A stretch of DNA of 64,000 bases from Macrostomum lignano (lineage: Eukaryota). The position numbers were made by a program, and so were the translations under genes. The notes beneath the pieces are model-generated. The model saw only the letters and a list, made by a program, of their open reading frames with translations. It made no database searches and was not told the DNA's origin. The DNA is taken from positions 62,001 to 126,000 of the forward strand of contig NIVC01001810.1 in the NCBI GenBank assembly GCA_002269645.1, read 5' to 3'. Each line of letters opens with the position of its first letter. Within the stretch, counting starts at the first letter, position 1. Positions 1 to 11,426 of this stretch are shown piece after piece.

Positions 1-390
1 TAAGGAAGCCAAATGGGAAATCAGAGGTTAAGGAAGCCAAATGGGAATCGGGGATTAAGGAAGCCAAATGGGAATCGGAGATTAAGGAAGCCAAATGGGA
101 AATCAGAGGTTAAGGAAGCCAAATGGGAATCGGGGAATAATTAGGAAGCCAAATGGGAAATCGAGGATTAAGGAAGCCAAATGGGAAATCAGAGGTTAAG
201 GAAGCCAAATGGGAAATCGGGGATTAAGGAAGCCAATTGGGAAATCGAGGATTAAGGAAGCCAAATGGGAATCGAGGATTAAGGAAGCCAAATGGGAAAT
301 CAGAGGTTAAGGAAGCCAAATGGGAAATCGGGGATTAAGGAAGCCAAATGGGAAATCGAGGATTAAGGAAGCCAAATGGGAAATCGGGTT
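1..390. repeat. Tandem minisatellite, ~29-30 bp unit (TAAGGAAGCCAAATGGGAAATCGGGGAT), truncated by window start
   Basis: About 13 consecutive copies visible directly. Confidence 0.95.
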
Positions 391-1448
391 GCCAAATGGA
401 AGGTAGATAGGTGTGCACTCTGCGCAGAAATCAGTTCGAATTTAAACGGCTAGTCAGTGTATTAAGTAATTGTTTGTTAAGCTTACTGTTTATTGAATTT
501 CTAAGAACTCACGTATCCCCCGCTCCCAACTCCTGCGCCTTCGACCGTCGATACATCAGTTCTGTTCTGCACGTGGACGGAACAGCCCAGCTGAAATAAA
601 TTAATTAGCCACCCTGAAATTGTGGAATGCTTGGATCGCAGGTTTGCAGGTGGAGTCAGGTGGACAGTTCAATGAGAGGCTTATTCTAAATTTCGCCATG
701 CCAATTTGCCAAGGTTTCTTGGGAGGAAAAGAAAAGGCTGAAATTTCGCACTTCGCTAGAAGCAGCTTTGCAGTTTTCCTGGCTTATTTCGCTTCATAGA
801 AATACAGACTGACTGATTCGCGGGTTGAGGGAGCGCAATTTACACGCGCCCTCCTAGCGCCTGTGGAACTGTGGCTTGCTATTTTTCGGCAAGACGGACG
901 GTTGCCCCCTCCCTGTGTTTCATTGAGAATTGATAAATAAGTGCACGCTGTAATCAAGTTTTCCTCGCGCCCGCCCGGCTGGCGCGAGCTACGCGGAGTT
1001 GGAATTTTAGGGGGGTTGGGGTGGGGGGCTGCGACTGAGGCCGGCCCGGGCGGGGAGGTTTAGAGATAAAATAAGGAGGGTGAGAAATGAAAGCCCTGCA
1101 CAGCCCGCCCGCCACCCGCCACCCCCCCACTTCACTACTTGTATTGTAAAGTGAAATGAGCGACCGTTGCGGACCCTCAAATAAGCCTTCCCTCTCTTCC
1201 CTCCAAAACCCTCCCAGGCGCGGCCACCCAGGCCCGCTCCCTCATTGGCTGCTCGAGGGCGCTCCCCCATCCCAGGTCCCAAACTGAGGCCCCATAAAGG
1301 CCCCCGCTTTATCTCCGCTCTGTTTCCTCAGACCGAGAGCCGCCTCTTGTCCCAGCCCAGAACTGAATAAACAACTCCGGTCACACCTGACTCTCTCCTG
1401 CCATCGATTCTCACTTACCTCGGATCAGATTGACTTGAATCCCCCGCT

Positions 1449-4400
1449 ATGTCGGCTACAGTGTTGAACTCCTGCAACCTGAGCTTCTACCAGCTGCAGT
1501 CCTACCTGCAATCCTGGCACGCAGCCAACGCCAACCGCGCCGCCGCCAAGGAGAACCTGAACTACGGAGGAGCTGCTGGGACATCGCCGAGCACGTGCCC
1601 GCCTCAGGCGCAAAGTGTAAGTGGCTTCTAAACTATCCTCACCTTTCTATTTATTATTTCCTATTATAGTGCTCAATGACCCTGACTTTATATACTTGAG
1701 CCGTCATTTACCTGTTATTAGTGTTTATTGCAGTCGCAGCCTCGCGGTTTACTAAGTTGTGCAAAATTACAATTTAGCTGTGCTCTAGATATGCTTGTGA
1801 TAGAACATTCACATTTAGGTATTTCACATCTCAATTTTTTAAACGTTTGCTTCACTAATCACCGTTCAAATTAGTTTCTTTCATTCTGTTTTTGAAAGAC
1901 ACGAATACTCGTAAAGTGATTAAAAAGCAAGACTGGGGGAATGCGGTGTCGGTGCTTGTATGAGTCAATCAGTCGGTTGAGTCCAGTTGTCTCTCAGCGG
2001 CAATAGCGTGGGTTGCAGAACATTGTCCAGTCATGCCTCTATCCCTCTCCTGCATGGCAACACGGGGACTGCGGTGAGACTGACTGTTTGCCTGCGTCAG
2101 GAGGACCGGGGCAGGAATTCCTCCACGCCGTCTCGTGCGGCTTAAGGGGGGTTTTAATTAGGGGCAGATGGTCGAGTCCGAGCAACTTACTCCACGCTGG
2201 CGAGCTCGGGTCCCAGCGACCCCCACCCCGCCCTGCCCCCATTGTTCCCAAGGCAGCCCTGCAGCGGGGTGGTGGAGGGGGTGCTTAAAGAGATTTCTCG
2301 GCGAGCGAGCACAGACCCGAATCCCGGCCGGGCCCCCGCAACCAGTCCAGTGCTGGCTTTGTTTGCTTGTCCCTGCGTCAGCACGCCCTGGGCCTAGGAA
2401 AGCCTGCAGTTGCTAGGGGGAGGGGCGGCACAGCGCCTCTGGGAGAACTCGGAACTCGGAGATCACGCTGCAGGGGGAGAGCAGGGGAATGCTGCGAGTG
2501 AGTCACACTGCCTGTCTGTGCCTGCCTTGACCCTCTCCCAAGAGTTGCCAACCTGCAGCCACGCGGTTAGTAAAAGCCGACTCAAAGGCAGCAGAGAAAT
2601 TTGAGTTCCCCAAAATTGTTTTCCTGACAGTATTGAAATTGATCCGGGTGGAGACTTGCTTGGTTAATTTTGTTCAGCTTACATTTCATACATTTCATCA
2701 GACTGATTCTGTGACGGTTTAGATTTTGTAAATTCTAGCGGAGCCCCCCCCCTCTGTAGCTGGCCTCCCCTCTGTAGCTGGCGTCCCCTCTGTAGCTGGC
2801 GTCCCCTCTGTAGCTGGCGTCCCCTCTGTAGCTGGCGCCCCCTCTGTAGCTGGCGCCCCCTCTGTAGCTGGCGCCCCCTCTGTAGCTGTCGTGGCGCCCC
2901 CTCTGTAGCTGGCGTGGCGCCCCCTCTGTAGCTGTCGTGGCGCCCCCTCTGTAGCTGTCGTGGCGCCCCCTCTGTAGCTGTCGTGGCGCCCCCTCTGTAG
3001 CTGTCGTGGCGCCCCCTCTGTAGCTGTCGTGGCGCCCCCTCTGTAGCTGGCGTGGCGCCCCCTCTGTAGCTGGCGTGGCGCCCCCTCTGTAGCTGGCGTG
3101 GCGCCCCCTCTGTAGCTGGCACCTGCTTACATTGCCTTCAACTTGCAATAGAAATTGAATGACTAGACTGCGCCCTCTGTTACCAGCTCCCTTTCTTCCT
3201 AAAACAGTATTTTTCTCTCGCTCCATTGCCCCGGCTCCGGTCTCGCATGGGGTGTTCTCAGTCTATAGAAATCTCAGACCGCAACCCCGCACACAAGGCA
3301 CGCAAAGCCCCCCCCCCATTCGAAAAAGGCTGCGGACTGCGGAAGAGAGGTGAAGGATGGCAGTGGCGCGGACCTCACTGCATTTCAATCTTTCCTATTG
3401 TGAGGAGGGTCGGTGTGATACCTTCGCCACTTTGTGCTCTGGCCCGGCCCCCTTCTGCTCTCGGGGTTTTTAGTCCCTTAGTTAGCTGCTTTCTTTCATC
3501 TTGCATCCATCCTCTGTCGGTCCTGCTCTCTTGTTGCAGCCTGCAGGCTTCACAGCTCAGTAATTGCGCAAGGCCTAACAGAGACTGCCCCTTACTCTGA
3601 GAATGCAGCCTAGTGGGGTTCGGGTCCCCGGCCGGGTTGGGGTGCAGGTGCTCCCGCCTGCGGCAAAGTTTTCTTTGTGTCTGATGCAGGCCTGGCCTTC
3701 TAGATGGAAAGATATAATCCTAATGGCCCTTTGCTACAGGTAATTTATTTGATAAATAATCTTAAGCCAGCCGTGACTTCTTGAGCGTGCCAAACTGATA
3801 CACAATAATGTAGAAGTGTATACAATGTCAAAGCCATTATAGACAGGCCTTGGGACCGCCGGCTTGCGTCAGAGAAGGAAATATTCGCTCGCTCATTCCC
3901 CCCCCCTGGCCGTTGGGTTCCAATGGCTGGGGCTCGGGCTGCAGGCCTCTGCATGCGCGCATTCTGAACCGGGTTAAGCAGCGCTGCTGATAAGGGGGGG
4001 GGTCCGGATGCCCTCCCTGTCCCTGGCATGGGACTAAGCCACTCATTACACTCCTCCCAACTTGTGCGCGCGCCTGTGTGTGTGTGCAGCAGCAGGTAGT
4101 TCGGGGAGGCTTGAGCCGCGCAATGCCCGCGGGCCCGGAGCCGAAGGAAGGCCAGATAGGATCTCGCCTTGGCCCATTGGGAGGGGGGTAGGGAAGGAGA
4201 GGAAGGCGGGCTGCTGCTGCAGAGCGGGTCTCCGCCCTCCCCTGCTGCAGCGGTACTGTATAAACAGGGGGGAGAGGCTTGGGGACTGCAGCGGTGCTTT
4301 CGCTTTGCCTTATCCTTGCCACCCCGGGCCTGAGAGACAGAGAGACGCGCAGAGACTTCTCTTTTTGCTCGAGCTCGGGTTCTGCAGTTACCGGCCTGGT

Positions 4401-7400
4401 TTCCGAGATTCTACACGCAAGTTCGCTCTCTGCTGCACAGGCCCACAGCTCTCTCTCTCTCACCCGCTCACCCTCTGCGCACAGGATTGAAGTGCCGGCA
4501 AAGATTCTCTACTCCCCTCCCCCGGTGAGTGCAGTTTGTGCTGCGTCGCATTCCTACTAGGCTATTGTAGGCTGTTGGCCTCTGCTTGCTGCAGACCGCA
4601 TCCCCCCGGTTGGCGTGAGAGAGTCGCTGAGACAGGAAGGATGCAAATCGGGTCTGGGGCGAGCCCAGTGCATTGGGGAAAGGAGAGGGAGGGGGGATTT
4701 GCGCAGTAAGGAGGCTTTTGCTGCAGTTTTCACAGAGCCGCGGCACGCAGGAGAGCCCCCATGAAGCTCCCCAAAATTGCCATGCAGCTGCAGCAGCTCG
4801 CACAGCAACAAATGCTGGGGTTTCTCGCACTCGCATCTGTCAGCGGCTCGGCTTATCGTTCGATTTTCGAGCCCGAGCCGGCGGAGCTGTGCCGCCCTCT
4901 TTATCTGCCTGTCCTGAGCTTCTGGGCTCCCGGCCTTGTTGCTACCCGCCGCTCATTCCTGGGCAGGCCCCCGGCTTCTGCAGCAGCAGCTCCCCAAGGC
5001 GGATGCCAGAACTCTCTGGAGCCGCCCTCCCCTCCCCCCGTTCTCAATCCCTTCCCCCAGGGGAGTCCGGTTACCGCCCGCCTGCCCCTTATCACTTAGC
5101 GAGCTGCTTGAGCTCCTCAGTTGCTAGGGGGGGGGGGGAGGCGCCCCGGTCTGTGAGCTGGTGCCGGCCGGGAATGAGAACCAGAGTAGATAGGGGACGG
5201 GCTGTGGCTGCTGAGTCATTGCCGGCCACGCTCCCACAGTGAGCTCCTGAGCTCCCTTTCTGGCACGCTCTGGTTGCCCAGCCGCGCCCAGCCCCCTCCC
5301 GAGTTTCAGAAGCAGAAGTTTTTCTTTAACTAGCATGACTCACTCTGGCTCCCACGTTCTTATAGTCTCCAAGTCTCAGGTAGGGGGGATATTCAATTAT
5401 GCCTTGCTTTTATTTATGGTGTTTAACTTGCCTGCTCGGCCTATGGATACAGAGACCGGGTGTGAGCTCCCCTGCAATCTCCCCGCGATTCTTGAATCCC
5501 AAGACGGGAGCCAAGTTATGCTTGTAAATGGATACGTGACTTCTGGCTGTCTCTCGGCCATAGACTGTCGCGGGTGTTGCAGAGCTGTAGCGATAAGGGG
5601 GCCGCCTGACTGACTGACTGACTGTCTGACTGCGGCAGAGCATGGCGGGTGGGATTGGATTTCAACTGGGGAAATCACGGTTCTGAGCCTCAATGATGCA
5701 GTGAAGGATTGCTACACTAAATATTATGGCTGGCGCTAACACCAACAATAACTGTAAAAGGAAAATTGGGGGGAGGGGGGCAGAGAGGCGCGTGGATCCC
5801 CCCACTTGCACAGTGCGCAGTTGCAAGCGCTTGAATGCGATGACACACAGGAAGCAGGCGGCACAGTCACACAGGAAGTGCTGGGCCCCAGTAAGCTGAC
5901 ACTTTCACTCCCCTCTCTCTGCTAAGGATCAGTTAGTTCGGGAAGAGGCACGGATTTCTATTTAGTCCTGGCGCTGTGTCCCACAATGGTGCTGTGTCTA
6001 ATTATAAGCTTTTAAGGGGAAATTGAGCCGAGTGGGCCCTGCTTTGCATATTCCTGCCTGCGGATGACTCAGCCGTGCCACAGGTGCCGCAGTGCAGCAG
6101 CAGCAGCAGCAGACTTTGCTTTGATCCTGTGCTCTCTCTAAAATCTCCTTCACTCACTTCTTGAGGATAACAGCAGATGATAAGAAATGTGTTTAGGGAC
6201 TTCCTGTGTCTGCCACTTCCTGCCCTGTGGAGCTTGCAGAGGCGCACAGGATGTATATTGTGCAGCTGGGATGCAGCAGCCTGGCTGGCAGTTGCTATGT
6301 GACCAGTTGGCTTGTATAGAGGGGACTGTGACAGATTCTTATCCTGGGGTGTGCGCGCCTTTGTAGTTTTGTATACACAATCTGCAGTCACATTTAGGGG
6401 CTCCTTCCGGTTCTGGGCTTCAATCAAACATTCCAATTTTTCTGACAATTCGCTGCTATTAAGAAGTCTGAAAATATTTATTGCATTTGCTACTATTGCC
6501 TGCTTACTGTAAGTAGCATGTGCAGAATCGCTCATCGCTCATCCTCATAATCTGCTACCTGCAGCCCGAGCCCGCCGCAGCGGACCTGAGCGGCGCCAGC
6601 AGTAGCGGCAGCAGCGGCAACGACAGCGGCGTCATCAGCGAGATGGACAAGGCCAAGTTCAAGGCCCGCCTCATGGAGCTGGTGCGCGACACCTTCGACT
6701 TCGACACCAACGCTAGGGTCACCCTGCTCATGAGCGTCCGCTTTGACGACCAGACTGAGGCGCTGAATGTCGAGGTGTCCGAGGAGCTCCCAGCCAAGCC
6801 CGCTTGCGGCCCCGTCGCCGCCGCCCCGCCCGCTGGCAGCGCCAGCGTTGGCGGCAGCAAGCGGAAGTCGCAGGCGCCGCAACGGATGGTGCCGTCCGGC
6901 GAGGACTCCTTCGTGCCCGCCCCAGCCGCCGCCACCGCCCCGTCTCGCGACGCGTCCAGCAGCTTCGGCGTGGATCTGTCGACCCCCGGCACGGCCGCCG
7001 CCGCCGCCGTCGCCGCCGAGGACGAGGAGCCGCAGCCGCTGAACCTCAGCCGCCACGGTTCGCCGTCAGTCGGCGCTGCCGGCTCCTCGTCGACTCCACT
7101 GAAGCCGGCAGTCTCCACCTCCGCCGCCGCCGCCTTCCAGCTGAACAACCCAGACCTGGCCTTCCACCCGTACCTGGCCGCCGCGGTGCAACAGCGGGTT
7201 GTCAGGCCGCCGGCCCTGCTGAGCGCTGCCCACCTGCCCGCCCTCGCTCCCGCCGGCCTTCAGCTGCCGCCGCCGCCGCTGTCGCAGCAGCCGCAGTCTC
7301 AGCGGCCGCCGCAGCCGCAGAAGCCGGCAGCTCCGCGCCAAGTGCGGTCGCGCCGGCCCGGCAACCGGACCTTCCCGTGCAACCAGTGCGGCATCGTGTT

Positions 7401-8016
7401 CCAGTCCCTGGCTGGCCTGTCCAAGCACACCTTCACCACGCACAAGGTGTACAAGTGCACCTTCTGCGCCGCCAGCTTCACCCAGCGCTCCAACCTGCAG
7501 CGCCACTCGCTCAAGCACGTCGGCTTCAAGCCGTTCGAGTGCCGCTGCTGCCGCAAGTCCTACTACCGCAAGGACCACCTGGTGCGCCACATCGAGGTGA
7601 CGCATCCCGGCTTCGACCCCAAGCTGAGCATCGACACCCGGCTGAGCAGCGCCGAGTGCCTGCAGTACCTGGAGCGCAAGCACGAGAGCCGCGACTACAC
7701 CTGCCTGAGCGGCGTCGTGCTGTCCGCCGCCACCGCCGCCGCTTCCGCTTCCGAGGGCGGCATCTCCACCGAAGCCGCCGAGATTGCCGAAGTTGCCGAG
7801 GCCCCCGCTGCTGCTGCCGGCGAGGCCACCGCCAGCATGGAGGGCGAAGGCGAGACCGAGGAGCTGCTGATGCTCGACGAGGAATTCGACGAGGCCGAGG
7901 CGGACGCCGAGTTCGATGAGCCAATGGATGAGGCGGAGGCTGAGGAGGACGCTGAGATCGACGTTGTGGGCAGCGAGGAGGCGCAGCCGATCCTGCTGGA
8001 GCAGGCGGCCGAGTGA
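1449..8016 (+). CDS. zfp-1: C2H2 zinc-finger transcription factor, three fingers, flatworm zfp-1-family-like; exons 1449-1616 and 6565-8016
   Basis: Exon 1 ATG 1449, donor AGT|GTAAGT after 1616 (phase 0); acceptor CCTGCAG|CCCGAG at 6565 in frame. Fingers: CNQC..HTFTTH, CTFC..QRSNLQRHSLKH, CRCC..RKDHLVRHIEVTH; acidic C-terminus; high GC3. The zfp-1 assignment rests on recalled QRSNLQRH/RKDHL helices and needs a phylogeny; exon 1 linkage is inferred. Confidence 0.8.
2740..3122. repeat. Intronic minisatellite, 18/23-bp units (CCCCCTCTGTAGCTGGCG / CCCCCTCTGTAGCTGTCGTGGCG)
   Basis: Direct tandem copies; explains ORFs 2679-3122 and 2735-3226. Confidence 0.95.
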
Positions 8017-8777
8017 TGAAGCCGCTCGGTCCCAGCCTCCCAGTCAGATAGAGTCGAAAATGATTCAATTCGGCGCATTTACACCGCAGGACAGAATTTT
8101 ATAAACTGCCGATATGTATCGAAAATGGCGAAATTTTGATTGGAACAAAGACTATTGGCCGATCTGTCTCACTCAGTACTTAATCATAGTCAGTCGCTCT
8201 CAATTCTCGTGTTATTGTAGTTCGCGTACCGCTCAACAGGTGCTAAATTTGCTGCATGCTGCTGCTGTCTGTTGTTTAAAAATCATATTTTGTCACATTA
8301 ATTCTGATTATAAATCATTTTTTACTGCGCATAGAGCCACCCAGTCCCCGCTGTGTACATACCGCTCACGAAGCTAATAGGGAAACATTTTGCGTTGCTA
8401 AACCAGTGCAGATGAGCAACTAATTAATAATTAATATCCTTATTGCGTAATATTCACCCGCTGACCTTCAGCTTTTGTTATTCGTTTTTAACAGAAAGAC
8501 TATTGTTAATAATAGCGAACTGCGTTTTTACCTGAACTTTGAGCTGCATCCGGCCCCCAATGTTGTAACCGCTGCCCGCTTCATTATTTAACCAATCAGC
8601 TCAGCTTCTGCCGCAGTTTTAACCAAAATTGCTATGATTTCATTGAGCGAGTGAGCACTGATGAGTTTTACTGCACTGGCCCCCGGGCCGCCTCACTGCG
8701 ACTTCTTGTCGATAAATAAAACCTATTGCTAGCCAACTAATTGCATCCGTGAGACTGAACTCTGGCTTCATCTTTTG

Positions 8778-10982
8778 CAGATTCGCTGTACATTCTAGAT
8801 GTAGATATGAGTCACTGAACTCACATTCTAGATGTAGATATGAGTCACTGAACTCTCATTCTAGATGTAGATATGAGTCACTGAACTCTCATTCTAGATG
8901 TAGATATGAGTCACTGAACTCTCATTCTAGATGTAGATATGAGTCACTGAACTCACATTCTAGATGTAGATATGAGTCACTGAACTCTCATCCTAGATGT
9001 AGATATGAGTCACTGAACTCTCATCCTAGATGTAGATATGAATCACTGAACTCTCATTCTAGATGTAGATATGAGACACGGAACTCTCACCCTAGATGAG
9101 ACACCGAACTCTCACCTAGATGAGACACAGAACTCTCACCCTAGATGAGACACCGAACTCTCACCTAGATGAGACACCGAACTCTCACCTAGATGAGGCA
9201 CAGAACTCTCACCCTAGATGAGACACAGAACTCTCACCCTAGATGAGACACAGAACTCTCACCCTAGATGAGACACAGAACTCTCACCCTAGATGAAACA
9301 CCGAACTCTCACCCTAGATGAGACACCGAACTCTCACCTAGATGAGACACCGAACTCTCACCCTAGATGAGACACCGAACTCTCACCCTAGATGAGACAC
9401 CGATCTCTCACCTAGATGAGACACAGAACTCTCACCCTAGATGAGGCACAGAACTCTCACCCTGAATGAGACACCGAACTCTCACCCTAGATGAGGCACA
9501 GAACTCTCACCTAGATGAGACACCGAACTCTCACCCTAGATGAGACACCGAACTCTCACCTAGATGAGACACCGAACTCTCACCCTAGATGAGACACAGA
9601 ACTCTCACCCTAGATGAGACACCGAACTCTCACCCTAGATGAGACACCGAACTCTCACCTAGATGAGACACCGAACTCTCACCCTAGATGAGACACAGAA
9701 CTCTCACCCTAGATGAGACACCGAACTCTCACCCTAGATGAGACACCGAACTCTCACCCTAGATGAGACACAGAACTCTCACCCTAGATGAGACACCGAA
9801 CTCTCACCTAGATGAGACACAGAACTCTCACCCTAGATGAGACACCGAACTCTCACCCTAGATGAGACACCGAACTCTCACCTAGATGAGGCACAGAACT
9901 CTCACCCTAGATGAGACACAGAACTCTCACCCTAGATGAGACACAGAACTCTCACCCTAGATGAGACACAGAACTCTCACCCTAGATGAAACACCGAACT
10001 CTCACCCTAGATGAGACACCGAACTCTCACCTAGATGAGACACCGAACTCTCACCCTAGATGAGACACCGAACTCTCACCCTAGATGAGACACCGATCTC
10101 TCACCTAGATGAGACACAGAACTCTCACCCTAGATGAGGCACAGAACTCTCACCCTGAATGAGACACCGAACTCTCACCCTAGATGAGGCACAGAACTCT
10201 CACCTAGATGAGACACCGAACTCTCACCCTAGATGAGACACCGAACTCTCACCTAGATGAGACACCGAACTCTCACCCTAGATGAGACACAGAACTCTCA
10301 CCCTAGATGAGACACCGAACTCTCACCCTAGATGAGACACCGAACTCTCACCTAGATGAGACACCGAACTCTCACCCTAGATGAGACACAGAACTCTCAC
10401 CCTAGATGAGACACCGAACTCTCACCCTAGATGAGACACAGAACTCTCACCCTAGATGAGACACAGAACTCTCACCCTAGATGAGACACAGAACTCTCAC
10501 CCTAGATGAGACACCGAACTCTCACCCTAGATGAGACACCGAACTCTCACCCTAGATGAGACACCGAACTCTCACCTAGATGAGACACAGAACTCTCACC
10601 CTAGATGAGGCACAGAACTCTCACCCTGGATGAGACACCGAACTCTCACCCTAGATGAGACACCGATCTCTCACCTAGATGAGACACCGAACTCTCACCC
10701 TAGATGAGACACCGAACTCTCACCTAGATGAGACACCGAACTCTCACCCTAGATGAGACACAGAACTCTCACCCTAGATGAGACACAGAACTCTCACCCT
10801 AGATGAGACACAGAACTCTCACCCTAGATGAGACACAGAACTCTCACCCTAGATGAGACACAGAACTCTCACCCTAGATGAGACACAGAACTCTCACTCT
10901 AGATGAGACACAGAACTCTCACCCTAGATGAGACACCGAACTCTCACCCTAGATGAGACACAGAACTCTCATCCTAGATGAG
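8778..10982. repeat. Compound satellite: 33-bp unit (8778-9070) grading into a 23/24-bp unit (GAACTCTCACCCTAGATGAGACAC) with a 693-bp higher-order duplication
   Basis: Rare variants GATGAAACA (9292/9985), CGATCT (9402/10095) and CCTGAATG (9464/10157) each recur 693 bp apart. Confidence 0.95.
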
Positions 10983-11426
10983 ATAGCCAAAATGCACAAA
11001 AATGAACAACTTCAAAAACACGACACGGATAATTTTGGTTAAATCAGTCAAATTAGATGAACAAATTAGTGAAATTTATTTAAACAGACAAAATGAAGGC
11101 AAACGCAGCAATGACCCAAACACACAAGGCATGAAAACTGCGGTACGTATGGAGTGAGTAATAAATGAGTTTATTAATGACTGAAACAAACAAACTGTCC
11201 GGGCAGTTATTCGAGCCATAACAATTTTCTTGTTCAGTAGGGGCGAAGGAAACTTCGGGGATAATTTAGAGAGACACAAAGAGAAAACAAACAAGAAAAA
11301 CAATTCCTAAGGAACAAACAGGTCACCGACTAAAAGAAGAAGCTAATGCTGAGAGCAGATGACTGGCACATTGGATTCAGTCTTTGTTCAAGTCTTCGTT
11401 CTCACTGTTCGACTTGCACAGGCTGC

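Noticed and set aside
4485-4524. Possible micro-exon (CAG|GATT..CCCG|GTGAGT) in the zinc-finger intron
   Set aside because: Spliced in phase 0 after exon 1 it gives an immediate TGA and it has no ATG of its own; it is unsupported without RNA data.
2000-6535. Many 60-200-aa ORFs in the GC-rich zinc-finger intron, possible retroelement
   Set aside because: No RT, integrase, transposase or other domain was recognised, and they lack the high-GC3 bias of true exons; the region is more likely regulatory intron.
6532-8078. Overlapping antisense and alternate-frame ORFs on the zinc-finger exon
   Set aside because: They are shadow ORFs expected from very high GC codon usage.
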